Shown here piece by piece: positions 28,889 through 38,771 of a stretch of DNA of 64,000 nucleotides. Position 1 is the stretch's first letter; every line of letters begins with the position of its first letter. This DNA comes from an uncultured cyanobacterium (GTDB taxonomy: Bacteria; Cyanobacteriota; Cyanobacteriia; PCC-9006; JAAUQQ01). The position numbers were made by a program, and so were the translations under genes. The DNA lies in contig OY970368.1 of the NCBI GenBank assembly GCA_963718615.1, positions 2,720,001 through 2,784,000 of the forward strand, written 5' to 3'. Below the pieces are notes generated by a model, which was given only the letters and a program-made list of their open reading frames with translations, ran no database searches and had not been told where the DNA came from.

Positions 28889-30226
28889 ATGTCACGTCTT
28901 AATCAACGGGCCTATGATCTCTTGGTCGCTGAGATTTACCGTTTGTCCAATCACGATCCTATGCTTCAGGTTCAGCGAGACCTAGTGCTGAAGCGACTGC
29001 TGCGACTGCGGCAGCAAGCGGGTGCACCGGCAACGGCGGTTGAACTGAGAGCGGCAATTGTAGATTTATTTCCCAATTTTGATCCTCAACGGATTCAGCG
29101 AGCTGCAAGACTCAATCAGCCATCTCCCAGTTGGATGCAGAACTTGACACAGGTTTGCCGATGGGGCGCGATCGCCACCGGCATGATGGGCGGTTTAGCC
29201 GGTTTGGTTTGGGTCGCAAATTTGCCCTATCCCATGGTGCGTTGGCCTGTGGCCAAGGCCGCACCGATCTTGCTTCTGCCCAGCTTTATGGAGATGGACC
29301 ACCATTACCGACAAACCATTGCGTTGGTTGAACAGTCCGACCAATTGATCAATCAAGCGACAGGCCCCAAGGACATCGAGTTGGGCAAGACCAAAGTTAA
29401 AGCCGCTCAAGCGAGCCTAGACAAGCTACCCGTCTGGTTTTTGGGCTATTTCCCCCAGCGATACTGCACCGTCTTTAGCTGTTCCTGGCAATTTACGCTA
29501 GACGAATTTAAACAGGCTCGTGCCCAAGTCGGGCGGATGGAGGCCAAGGTCTTTCAAGAAGAGCAAGCACTACAACAGCTAGAAACGGCAACGGCTAATG
29601 TGGAGAACGCCAAGGGTCTCTATGCCACAATTCCCAGCAAGCAAGAGGCGATCGCCCTTTGGCAAACGGCAGTCGATCAACTCAATCAAATCCCCCCCAA
29701 AACCCTCGCCGGACGATTAGCACAACCCCAGATTTCCGCTGTACAGCGAGATTTCCAACAGCAGGTGAATACCGTCACCGCTCAGGGAACCACTCAAACG
29801 CAGATCGTCACGGCTCGGGCCTATGCCCAGGTTGCAGTTGAGACTGTACAAAATCCGCCACATCCGTCTGAAGTCTGGGAAAAAGCCGCTGACCATTGGC
29901 GGTTGGCGATCGCCGAACTACAGCGCATTCCCCCTCAAAGCCCCGGCTACATCGAAGCTCAAACCCTCAAAGCCCAATATGAAGGTCACCTGGGCACGGT
30001 CAAAATTCGGCTGACCCAAGAACAGGAAGCCCAAAAAGCCTTTCAACAAGCCCAGGAGGACTATGTGCGCCTGCTCGAAAATAACGCCCCAAATCACCCC
30101 CAATACCGAGCACAGCTCCAGCGGATTCTCAATAGCTTGGCCACCATAAAGCCAGGAACTACAGTTTATGGAGAGGCGATCGCCATGCTAAAACAGGTCC
30201 AAACGCTCCTTCGTCAGGTCTCTTGA
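28889..30226 (+). CDS. Conserved cyanobacterial membrane-anchored helical protein
   Basis: One TM segment followed by NLPYPMVRWPVA..APILLLPSF and LPVWFLGYFPQRYC, then helical repeats. Confidence 0.75.
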   Translation: MSRLNQRAYDLLVAEIYRLSNHDPMLQVQRDLVLKRLLRLRQQAGAPATAVELRAAIVDLFPNFDPQRIQRAARLNQPSPSWMQNLTQVCRWGAIATGMMGGLAGLVWVANLPYPMVRWPVAKAAPILLLPSFMEMDHHYRQTIALVEQSDQLINQATGPKDIELGKTKVKAAQASLDKLPVWFLGYFPQRYCTVFSCSWQFTLDEFKQARAQVGRMEAKVFQEEQALQQLETATANVENAKGLYATIPSKQEAIALWQTAVDQLNQIPPKTLAGRLAQPQISAVQRDFQQQVNTVTAQGTTQTQIVTARAYAQVAVETVQNPPHPSEVWEKAADHWRLAIAELQRIPPQSPGYIEAQTLKAQYEGHLGTVKIRLTQEQEAQKAFQQAQEDYVRLLENNAPNHPQYRAQLQRILNSLATIKPGTTVYGEAIAMLKQVQTLLRQVS

Positions 30227-30271
30227 TCCCTGCAACGCTAAAGACCCCCTTTTGCTTTTGTGAGGGTTGCG

Positions 30272-30724
30272 CTATACCGCGATCGCGGCTCCAAATTCCG
30301 ACTCAATCTGTCCTCGCGTCAGCCCCATCATCTCCAGTACATCATCCGGATAGCCTAACGTGTCCCCACGCTTAATTTCACGCCACGGATTCTCTTCATC
30401 CGGCAGTGGGCTCCAGCCACACTTGAAAACCCAGATTTCGTCATATTCCTGCATCCCAGGGATATCCGCAGGGTAGCATTGTCCCTCCGTAGTAATAACC
30501 CAAGGCGCTGCACGGTGGTGGGTTGGGCTATTAGGGAAGCGAGGATCGATCGCCTCAGGTATTTGACAGTGGTCATTCACTGGGCGATCGCCTATCTGCA
30601 ACAGCGGGCCACCGCTATAGTCAGCACCGTGGCCTAGGCGACTGAGGTCAAGTTGGTCTCGAACAGACCTGTCCTGCGGGATTTGGCTCCAGTCGGGTTC
30701 TAGAACAATCAATCGGCTAGTCAT
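30272..30724 (-). CDS. Hypothetical protein
   Basis: 150-aa ORF overlapping the upstream gene by 8 bp. Confidence 0.6.
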   Translation of the reverse strand: MTSRLIVLEPDWSQIPQDRSVRDQLDLSRLGHGADYSGGPLLQIGDRPVNDHCQIPEAIDPRFPNSPTHHRAAPWVITTEGQCYPADIPGMQEYDEIWVFKCGWSPLPDEENPWREIKRGDTLGYPDDVLEMMGLTRGQIESEFGAAIAV

Positions 30725-30953
30725 CGTCAGCTTCTCCAGCAGTATGGTCTATTGAACGCTTTGGGAACTGGCAATCGCCCAAGAAAACGCAATTTACGGG
30801 TAAAAGCCTTGAATCAGTATTCTCATAACGATCCGCCACGCTCCTTGGCTGCTTCCATTTATATTTTCTCGCCATGGTGTTGCAGCATTCTTCGGAAACG
30901 GCAGGCCAGCGAGTTTCATCTCTTCCCGGATCATAAGCAGGATTAGCCGCCAT
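30717..30953 (-). CDS. Small Cys-containing hypothetical protein
   Basis: 78-aa ORF with a GGAGG RBS upstream, coupled to the next gene. Confidence 0.55.
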   Translation of the reverse strand: MAANPAYDPGRDETRWPAVSEECCNTMARKYKWKQPRSVADRYENTDSRLLPVNCVFLGDCQFPKRSIDHTAGEADDD

Positions 30954-31178
30954 AGGGAGCCTCCGCAGCCTTAATATCCCAGTGAACCGCCTTAGAGACT
31001 TTTAGTACACCCATGCGTTCTTAACTAAAATCCATGTATTGCAAACCTAATGCCGTCAGCAATGCTTGTCAATTCTCAAGCCTTGCTTGACGAGCAGGCC
31101 TCCTGATTCCTACACCGCTAGGAAAGACAAAATGATTGTCTTCGTTCCGGTCCCTGTGGTAACGTTGTTAAACATTAA

Positions 31179-31252
31179 GGACGTATAGCTCAGTTGGTTA
31201 GAGCACCACGTTGACATCGTGGGGGTCACTGGTTCGAGTCCAGTTACGTCCA
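31179..31252 (+). tRNA. trnV: tRNA-Val(GAC)
   Basis: GGACGTA/TACGTCC acceptor stem, TAGCTCAGTTGGTTAGAGC D-arm, CCACG-TTGACAT-CGTGG anticodon arm and GGTTCGAGTCC T-arm. CCA is not encoded. Confidence 0.98.
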
Positions 31253-31272
31253 TAGACATCTACCAAGTCTAA

Positions 31273-31307
31273 AGAAGCCCTTGATATGAGAGTATCAGGG
31301 GCTTTCT
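31273..31307 (+). terminator. Hairpin between the tRNA and the convergent gene
   Basis: AAGCCCTTGATA...TATCAGGGGCTT inverted repeat. Confidence 0.7.
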
Positions 31308-31326
31308 ATGGGGATTTCCAGACGCC

Positions 31327-32271
31327 TTAATCCAAGAACAGGCGGCCATCCTCTAGGACGGTGAGTACCCCTTGGATATTGTTAAATTCTCCTGAACGAT
31401 TCAGGGTGAGAGACACCAGCCCCTGGACATTATCCACTGGCGTGATGCGCAGAAATCCACCATCGGGTCGATTGAGCGTAATCGTCACCGGCAGGGGCAA
31501 ATCCTTAAGCAAAACCGACTCCCCTTGACCCAGCAGACGCGGCGCGGCGTGGGTAATGATTTCGTAGGAAACATCGGTTGTGGTGTTGTTGCTGAGGCGC
31601 AGCGAAAACTTGCCCGCTTGGGGGCGAACCGTGGCGATCGCCATCTCCTGGTTTTCCGGCAACGGTGCAGCCGTTAGCTCACCCCCCTGGGGAACTTGAC
31701 CCACGAGCTCTGGGGGCAAACTGCCAATCTCTCCCCCCATGCCGGTATAGGGACCCGAGGCATCCGCAAGACCCGGTACATAGGTCTGGGCTTCTAGGAT
31801 GGGCAGCAGCGGTTGGCTGAGAGTTGAACTGATACCCAAGGGAAATGGGGGAACCGGGGAAACCAGGGGAACTAGGGTCAGGGCTGATTCCTGAAATTGA
31901 CGGGTTGCCTGGTTGGGAGGGCATTGTTCTGGAACCCTTAACCGGCTGTTGTAGGGTTCTTCGTAATAGATGCTAAGGCAGGAATGGGGGCTTAGGGGCT
32001 CCTCGGCGATCGCCCCCCTCGTTAACAGCGGCGATCCCCACAGCAAACTCGCCGAACAGGACAGTAGGCCGAGCCCAAGCCACCGCCAGCGGCTTGCCAA
32101 GGACCTAGACCCCAGTCTTTTAAGTATTTTGGGGATCGGAGGAGTCAAATAAACTTTCTGAGTTTGTGCCATGGGAGCACCTCGCTGTTGCTGAACCGCA
32201 ATGGGAATGGACAGATCTAGAGCGGGAAGATCTAGAACGGAACGGTCTACTCGATCAATAGCCTTTTCCAT
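31327..32271 (-). CDS. Hypothetical exported protein
   Basis: Signal-like hydrophobic segment, CLSIYYEEPYN...VPEQCPPN motif and a C-terminal beta-rich domain. Start may be ATG 32172. Confidence 0.7.
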   Translation of the reverse strand: MEKAIDRVDRSVLDLPALDLSIPIAVQQQRGAPMAQTQKVYLTPPIPKILKRLGSRSLASRWRWLGLGLLSCSASLLWGSPLLTRGAIAEEPLSPHSCLSIYYEEPYNSRLRVPEQCPPNQATRQFQESALTLVPLVSPVPPFPLGISSTLSQPLLPILEAQTYVPGLADASGPYTGMGGEIGSLPPELVGQVPQGGELTAAPLPENQEMAIATVRPQAGKFSLRLSNNTTTDVSYEIITHAAPRLLGQGESVLLKDLPLPVTITLNRPDGGFLRITPVDNVQGLVSLTLNRSGEFNNIQGVLTVLEDGRLFLD

Positions 32272-32483
32272 GGGAGAGGGTTTATTCCTTAAGCATGACG
32301 ATAGAGTTTCCTTGCGTTCTATTGCGAAGGTTGTACAACTGTGTTCCTGAATTCTTCGGAAGTTTTCAGGCAGCGGGGCAGGCGATCGCCGCTAGTCAGG
32401 CTTTGCATCCCCCATTACACTGATATTCACCTTCGGGTATTGTTTTTCCCAACCCATATTCTCCTTTTTGCTTCCTTGCTGCC

Positions 32484-34340
32484 ATGGATCATCCTGTCCT
32501 TGACGTTCGCAATCTACGGGTCCGCTTTATCACCGATACCCAAACCGTGATGGCCGTGGATGATGTGTCGTTTCAGGTGCCGCGCGGCGAAACCCTGGCG
32601 ATCGTCGGAGAATCCGGGTCTGGCAAGTCTGTCTCCTGTTTGGCCGCCATGGGGCTGATTCCCAAGCCACCGGGGGAAATTGTTGGAGGGGAGATTTGGT
32701 TTCGCGATCGCGACGGCGAAGCCCCGTTCAATTTGCTACAGCTCTCGCCCCGGCAGCTTCAGCGGATGCGGGGGGGGGAGATTGGCATGATTTTTCAGGA
32801 GCCCATGAGTGCGCTCAACCCGGTCTACACCTGTGGCGATCAGATTATCGAAGCGATTCGGCTCCATGAAGCGGTTTCGGTGACCGCTGCCAAGCGACGG
32901 ACCTTGGCCCTTTTGCGCGAGGTGCAGCTCTTGCCCAGCGATGAGGACCTAGCGGAAACCTATCGACAAACCTGGCCCAGTCGTCGCTACGGCCAACAGC
33001 CCAGTATGCAAGATTTGCACGCAGCCATCCGCGCCCACAAAAAGCGACTGCTGAGCCGCTATCCCCACGAGCTCTCCGGTGGCCAGCTCCAGCGAATGAT
33101 GATCGCCATGGCCCTCTCCTGCGACCCTCAGTTGCTGATTGCCGATGAACCCACCACCGCGTTGGATGTGACGGTGCAAGCGACGATATTGCGGTTGCTG
33201 CGGGATTTGCGCGATCGCCGGGGCATGTCGATGATCTTTGTCAGCCATGACCTTGGCGTTGTTTCCGCTGTCGCCGACTGGATCGCCGTGATGTATCAAG
33301 GCAAAATTGTTGAGCTGGGGGCAGCGGCACAAATTTTTAATCGCCCGACCCATCCCTACACCAAAGGGCTGTTGGCTTGCCGTCCGCAGCTTGCCCATAA
33401 CTTTACCTACTTGCCCACGGTGAGCGACTTTATGGCGGAGGAGATCGCTGGGGATGGGACATCGAGCCTGGTAGAAAAAAGCGTGGATTTGGAGGTTTAT
33501 AGTCAACCGCGCGATCGCCTCATTGTCGGGAAACAAGCTCCCCTGTTGCAGGTGAAATATCTCACCGTTGAATATCCAGTCAAGGGACTATGGGGCCAGC
33601 CCAAACAGCGGTTTAAAGCTGTTGATAACGTTTCGTTCGACATTCAAGCGGGAGAAACCCTAGGGTTAGTGGGTGAGTCAGGCTGCGGCAAAAGTACCCT
33701 TGCATGCACGCTACTGCGTCTGATCAAACCCACGGCGGGAAGCATCATGTTTGCAGGTCAAAACATTGCTTGGTCTTCCGAGAAAGCCCTGCGAAAACTG
33801 CGGCGAGATCTGCAAATTATCTTCCAAGATCCCTACAGCGCTTTGGACCCACGCATGACGATTGGAGACACGTTGCTAGAACCCCTGCTGATCCATAGCC
33901 TGGAGCAAGACAAACGGGTCCATCGGCAACGCATTGCCACGTTGCTAGAGCGGGTGGGATTAGCCGCCGAGTCGATGAATCGCTATCCCCATGAATTTTC
34001 CGGCGGTCAGCGGCAGCGGATTTGTATTGCGCGGGCGATCGCCCTCAATCCCCGCTTTATCATTTGCGATGAATCGGTTTCTGCGCTGGATGTTTCGGTC
34101 CAGGCCCAGGTGTTGAATTTGCTGAAGGAATTGCAGTCAGAATTTGGTTTGACCTATTTATTTATTTCCCATGATTTGAGCGTGGTGAAATTTATGAGCG
34201 ATCGCATCATCGTCATGAACAAAGGCCGAATCGAAGAAATGGGAACCGCAGAGGAGATTTATCGATCGCCCCAACGGGAATATACCCAAAATCTTATTGC
34301 TGCAATTCCTCAGGTTCAGACCTATTGGGAATCAGCCTAG
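32484..34340 (+). CDS. Peptide/nickel ABC transporter ATP-binding protein with two fused ATPase domains
   Basis: Two GESG.GKS Walker A motifs, YPHELSGGQ and [20 protein letters not shown] and DESVSALD. Confidence 0.95.
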   Translation: MDHPVLDVRNLRVRFITDTQTVMAVDDVSFQVPRGETLAIVGESGSGKSVSCLAAMGLIPKPPGEIVGGEIWFRDRDGEAPFNLLQLSPRQLQRMRGGEIGMIFQEPMSALNPVYTCGDQIIEAIRLHEAVSVTAAKRRTLALLREVQLLPSDEDLAETYRQTWPSRRYGQQPSMQDLHAAIRAHKKRLLSRYPHELSGGQLQRMMIAMALSCDPQLLIADEPTTALDVTVQATILRLLRDLRDRRGMSMIFVSHDLGVVSAVADWIAVMYQGKIVELGAAAQIFNRPTHPYTKGLLACRPQLAHNFTYLPTVSDFMAEEIAGDGTSSLVEKSVDLEVYSQPRDRLIVGKQAPLLQVKYLTVEYPVKGLWGQPKQRFKAVDNVSFDIQAGETLGLVGESGCGKSTLACTLLRLIKPTAGSIMFAGQNIAWSSEKALRKLRRDLQIIFQDPYSALDPRMTIGDTLLEPLLIHSLEQDKRVHRQRIATLLERVGLAAESMNRYPHEFSGGQRQRICIARAIALNPRFIICDESVSALDVSVQAQVLNLLKELQSEFGLTYLFISHDLSVVKFMSDRIIVMNKGRIEEMGTAEEIYRSPQREYTQNLIAAIPQVQTYWESA

Positions 34341-36777
34341 AAAAACGGGCCAACCTAAAAGCATAACGACGGGATAACCGACGACCACACCATCGGGAAA
34401 GACTGCTTGTCCCCCAAAATGCCAAGGCACCGGGCACCAATGGAACCCAAATGCCGAGTAACAGCAGCCCCCAACTGCTCCCGGCCAAAAGCGCAGAACC
34501 GATGACCAAACCGAGCCAGCCGCTGTAGCGCCGGAAAACGCGATTGGGGAGATGATTCAGCCCCCAGCCTAAAAGCCCCCAGCCTATAATCCAGAGCCAT
34601 TCTAGGGGTTGCGAGAGCGATCGAATCAACGGTCGATGATCTAGAACTGTACTTAAGAGTTGACTGACCAAGTGGGCCTGAACTTCGCTGCCCGTGAGGG
34701 TCGTCACCTTGCCAAAGCCTTGACTCTGGGTGGTGAGCCAGCGATAGTCGTTAAAGCTGGGGGCTGAGGTTCCAATCATCACTAGGCGATCGCGCAGCCG
34801 ATTTTGATCAAAGCGATCGCTCAAAACTTCTCCCAAGGAAACCGTTTCTGCAATCTGGGGCGTCACTCGATAGTTCACCATCACCTGATGTCCCCTCGCA
34901 TCAATGCGATGGTAGCCCCCCATATTGGTTTGCAGGGGCTGAAACACCGTTTTCCCAAACTGTAAATATCCCTCGGTTGTAATGCCAGCGTGAATCCCTT
35001 CATCGGCTAAATAGCGATTGGCTAACAGCCAGCTAAAGGCATAGGCATTGCGACAGGGAAGAGGTTGGCTGACGGCTAAGGGATAGCGACGCAAAATGCC
35101 ATCGGGGTCCTCTAGAACATTGTTAAATCCATAGTTCTCTAACGAAATTTCCGGTGGGGGCGGAACCCCCGGCTCGCCGTAGCTGCAAATGCCAAAGAGG
35201 CGATCTTGCGATCGCAACCACCGCCCCAGTTCTGGATAGGCAGGATTCACCGGTTGCTCACGATAGAGATCTAACCCCACGACACGGGGCTGTGCAGCTT
35301 CGAGCTTGATTCTAAGCTGATCAAGGGCATGGTCAGAGAGAGACGCAGCGCCCCGCTGACTGAGGGGCTGATTTTGGACATCGGTTTCTGTGATGGTAAT
35401 CAGCAGTAATCTGGGATCGGGGCCTTCGGTTGGGCGCGATTGCATCAATCGATCAAACCCTTGTAATTCTAAGGGCTGTAGAACTCCTAGGGACCGGAGC
35501 ACCAAGATAAGCCCGATGCTGATCAAACTCACCATCCCTCCGATCCATGGCGCTGGAGCCAAAACACCAGAGGACATTCTGCTAGCCAAGGCCTGATGGA
35601 CCCAAACGGGGTCAAAAACCTGTTGATAAACTCGATTTTTGATGACCCAATCCCCGGATTGTTTCTCCACCAATCCTGAAAGTTGAAGGGCTAAATGCTC
35701 CGGTGCTTGAGTAGCTTTTAGGCGACCTTTACAGACAATTTTCTCGTAGAGTTTGAGGAGTTGATTGCTGGATTGGGGATGATGGAGGAGGCGATCGCGA
35801 ATCGTACGCAAATGCTCGGGCTCATCCTGGGTTTCCCAATCAGCAATGATTTGAGTTTTGACTAAATCTGCAACGAGCTGAGGATAGTGAGTTGACTCTA
35901 CCGCTTCGCCGGTCTGGGCATCGAACCAGGGCCTGGGAGAGGGTTGGGTCTGGGGGAGTTGAGGCTGGGAGGTTTGGGCGATCGCCCGTTGGATCAGCCA
36001 ACACACCTTCTGGGTTAAAAACGGTTGCCCTCCGGTCCAGTCCAGCACAACTTTAAGCAAGGCCAAGGGGTCACGGACTAAATTGTGAAATCCTGCGGCG
36101 AGAGGCGCAATCTCATCGAACAAAAACCCTCGCAGCTCAATCGAACGACCAATATTAAAGGGGGTAGATTGAGGCTTTTGCCTAATCAGATCCGCAGGTG
36201 TTGCCACTCCCAAAAGCACAAACGTGAGCCGTTGATACTGGGGATGGCTAGCCCGTTTGTCGTAACAGTGGCGAATCAGTGCAAAAAAATCATCCGTGGA
36301 AAACCCCAGCCCCGTGACACTATCAATTTCATCGAGAAAGATCACGATTTTCTCGGAGATCTGTACCAATAGGACCGTTTCAATAAAGCTGCCGAGACGC
36401 TGAACTGGAGACAGCTCCTCATGGGCCTGTAACCACTGTTTTCGATTGATCTTGAGCTTAAAACCGCTTGCCAATTCCCAAATGATTCCCCCGTACCACT
36501 GCCGAGGCGTAATCTGTTGACTGCCGATACCGCTGAGCTCGATTTCTGCACTGGCGATGCCTTCTGCCCGTAGCCGCTGCATCGTCCGAGCCCGCAAGCT
36601 AGACTTTCCCATTTGTCGGGCATTCAACACATAACAGTAGTCTCCCCACTGCAAGGCTTCCCACAACTCCCGATCGGCCTGGCGCTGCACATAGGTCGGG
36701 GCATCTGCCGGTAAACTACCGCCCGGTTGATAGTGATAGGAAAAATGGAGAGCGCGAACCAAACAGCCTCCCGCCAA
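34294..36777 (-). CDS. AAA-like (AAA_35) NTPase fused to a CHASE2 sensor with TM helices
   Basis: [37 protein letters not shown] and [16 protein letters not shown]2 motifs [20 protein letters not shown] and LVMIG. Three C-terminal TMs. Confidence 0.9.
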   Translation of the reverse strand: MAGGCLVRALHFSYHYQPGGSLPADAPTYVQRQADRELWEALQWGDYCYVLNARQMGKSSLRARTMQRLRAEGIASAEIELSGIGSQQITPRQWYGGIIWELASGFKLKINRKQWLQAHEELSPVQRLGSFIETVLLVQISEKIVIFLDEIDSVTGLGFSTDDFFALIRHCYDKRASHPQYQRLTFVLLGVATPADLIRQKPQSTPFNIGRSIELRGFLFDEIAPLAAGFHNLVRDPLALLKVVLDWTGGQPFLTQKVCWLIQRAIAQTSQPQLPQTQPSPRPWFDAQTGEAVESTHYPQLVADLVKTQIIADWETQDEPEHLRTIRDRLLHHPQSSNQLLKLYEKIVCKGRLKATQAPEHLALQLSGLVEKQSGDWVIKNRVYQQVFDPVWVHQALASRMSSGVLAPAPWIGGMVSLISIGLILVLRSLGVLQPLELQGFDRLMQSRPTEGPDPRLLLITITETDVQNQPLSQRGAASLSDHALDQLRIKLEAAQPRVVGLDLYREQPVNPAYPELGRWLRSQDRLFGICSYGEPGVPPPPEISLENYGFNNVLEDPDGILRRYPLAVSQPLPCRNAYAFSWLLANRYLADEGIHAGITTEGYLQFGKTVFQPLQTNMGGYHRIDARGHQVMVNYRVTPQIAETVSLGEVLSDRFDQNRLRDRLVMIGTSAPSFNDYRWLTTQSQGFGKVTTLTGSEVQAHLVSQLLSTVLDHRPLIRSLSQPLEWLWIIGWGLLGWGLNHLPNRVFRRYSGWLGLVIGSALLAGSSWGLLLLGIWVPLVPGALAFWGTSSLSRWCGRRLSRRYAFRLARFSRLIPNRSEPEELQQ

Positions 36778-36818
36778 GTTGAAATGGCTAGAGTATCTTA
36801 GTTGAGATTATCTCTATT

Positions 36819-38237
36819 TTAAGGGAGAGAGAGGCGATCGCGAAAATATTGACGGTAAAGTTGACAACGAACGGTGGCTTGATTACCTGTAAGTTTAATC
36901 AGTCCCAAATGGTGAAGTTGATAGGCAAGTAGGGGGGCTACATCGACAGGTTCCTGACGGCTAATCACTTGTCTAAAGGCATCGGCAAGTTCCGGAGATC
37001 GGTGTAGTACCAAAAGATGTTCTCTGAGATGATGGCCAAATAAGCTAGATTCTGTTGTGGCTTCGTCTAAGAGTTGCTGAAGGGAGAAGTTAGTATGGGT
37101 CTGGAGCTGACGAAAGGCTTGATCTAGGAGGGCTGGATGGCCTCCAATGAGATCGTTCAAGGATTGGAGGTCTACAGCGGTCAGGGAAACTTGATATCCT
37201 TCAGCAAGTTGCTGAATTTGCTCTATGTTCAGCTCGGGGAGTTCTAGCGGTAGGCCCACATTAAAGGGAGATTGGCTCCAATGTAAACGCACACAACCAT
37301 TCGTAGAATGAACAATCACGAGCCGTAATTGCATCCATAGAGATCGGGTTCTGGCCTTCTCGTACCAGGAGCGTAAAAGCCCAAAGAAATCCTCACAAAT
37401 CTCGGGATAAGCAAATAAAATGTCAACATCATCGAGGCAGAGCACTAAGGGGCGATCGTCTTGCGCCAAGAGATACTCTTCAAAGTAGGTGGTACAGCTC
37501 ACCTTCGCTCCAATTTCTACTTCTTCCCAATATTCGTCGAGAAGACTGGGTATTTTGAGTTCACGGCTAATGTTGAGACAAAGCCAGCGAAAAAGTCGAT
37601 TGAGATCGCTAAAATGTACGGCGCGATCGGCCATTTCAAAGCTAATTCTGACGACGCGATAGGGCGTTTGCACAACCTCGTCTAACACGGTGGTAATGAA
37701 GGAGGTTTTTCCCATCAATCGCGGAGCTTTGAGGCGAACCAATGCACCGGGTCGATGGAGGGCATCGTAACAAATCTTTTCAAGGGGAGGTCGTTTGACG
37801 TAGTTTTGCAGGGCTTGAATGGCAGGCGGAGTTTTAGGGAAACTCAAGCTTTGGGAAGGCGTTGGCTGTTGGGCAGATGGGGAGTGGCCGTTTTGTTCAA
37901 CCACCACTCCAACCGCAACGGGATGGCTGGGCGATCGCCCGTTCTGGTTTTGTGGCGCAGTCTGAGAGGTTTGCTTATACCGCTGCACGGCACCTTTAAA
38001 GTTGTTTTTTCTAACTTTCTCGCCTAGGGACTCGGACAACAGTTTCCAAAGACGGGGAGCCACATCTTGGCTAATGTAGCTTGTGGAATAGGAGGTTTGG
38101 GCTGCGATTTGGTCATAGTCGAGTCTATCCCAAACGCCTTTTAGGACAGCAATTTCGAGGTCGGTGAGATGGCGATCGCATTTCTCGACAGCGGCCTGAT
38201 TAACCACACTAATAGCATCTTCAAGTTCAAAGGACAT
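36819..38237 (-). CDS. N-terminal HTH domain plus AAA-like (AAA_35) NTPase
   Basis: LTDLEIAVLKG.W....Y.QIA...LWKLLSESLGEKVRKNN HTH, APRLMGKT, LDDVD, SPFNVG and GGHPAL. Confidence 0.88.
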   Translation of the reverse strand: MSFELEDAISVVNQAAVEKCDRHLTDLEIAVLKGVWDRLDYDQIAAQTSYSTSYISQDVAPRLWKLLSESLGEKVRKNNFKGAVQRYKQTSQTAPQNQNGRSPSHPVAVGVVVEQNGHSPSAQQPTPSQSLSFPKTPPAIQALQNYVKRPPLEKICYDALHRPGALVRLKAPRLMGKTSFITTVLDEVVQTPYRVVRISFEMADRAVHFSDLNRLFRWLCLNISRELKIPSLLDEYWEEVEIGAKVSCTTYFEEYLLAQDDRPLVLCLDDVDILFAYPEICEDFFGLLRSWYEKARTRSLWMQLRLVIVHSTNGCVRLHWSQSPFNVGLPLELPELNIEQIQQLAEGYQVSLTAVDLQSLNDLIGGHPALLDQAFRQLQTHTNFSLQQLLDEATTESSLFGHHLREHLLVLHRSPELADAFRQVISRQEPVDVAPLLAYQLHHLGLIKLTGNQATVRCQLYRQYFRDRLSLP

Positions 38238-38771
38238 GCTGATTCCTGATAAAACACCCCAAACAATGACTCAGTAGATGCAGACCACGTCGTGACATTT
38301 TTGTCAATCTCTGATGATAATTTTACGTGTTTTGTCCCAAAAAAACTGAGTTTTTTGACAAAACTTGAAGCTTGGGGCCTCAAAAACCTGAATTTTTCTC
38401 AACTTTTTAGCTAGAATCTCCGGCAGAATACTGACAGACAGATCGGCAGCCTTGCTGAAAAGATGGTCCGTCACAGGGGCTGTTTTGTTACAGAGAATAC
38501 GGTTTTTTGCCGATCTGTCATTCAATGACGAGTTCTCAATCGCTCATTCACTAATTCAGTCGAGCAAGACGTTTTTTCGGACGATCGCGTCAAACCTGTC
38601 AACTGGCTCAACCTCAGGTCATGCTAAACCAATTTTCCCCTTTGTGCTTCAGCTCCTGGGGGCGGTGACGTTGGTGGGCTATTTTTCGTTTCGCAGGCAC
38701 CGCCAATACTTTGCTCCCTCTAGCATGGCGAACAAGAATGGCAAAGCAGAGTACCTTTTGCTTGTAGGCTG

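Noticed and set aside
31179-31330. tRNA-Val as the attachment site of an integrated element
   Set aside because: No integrase nearby and I saw no duplicate of the tRNA 3' end in the window.
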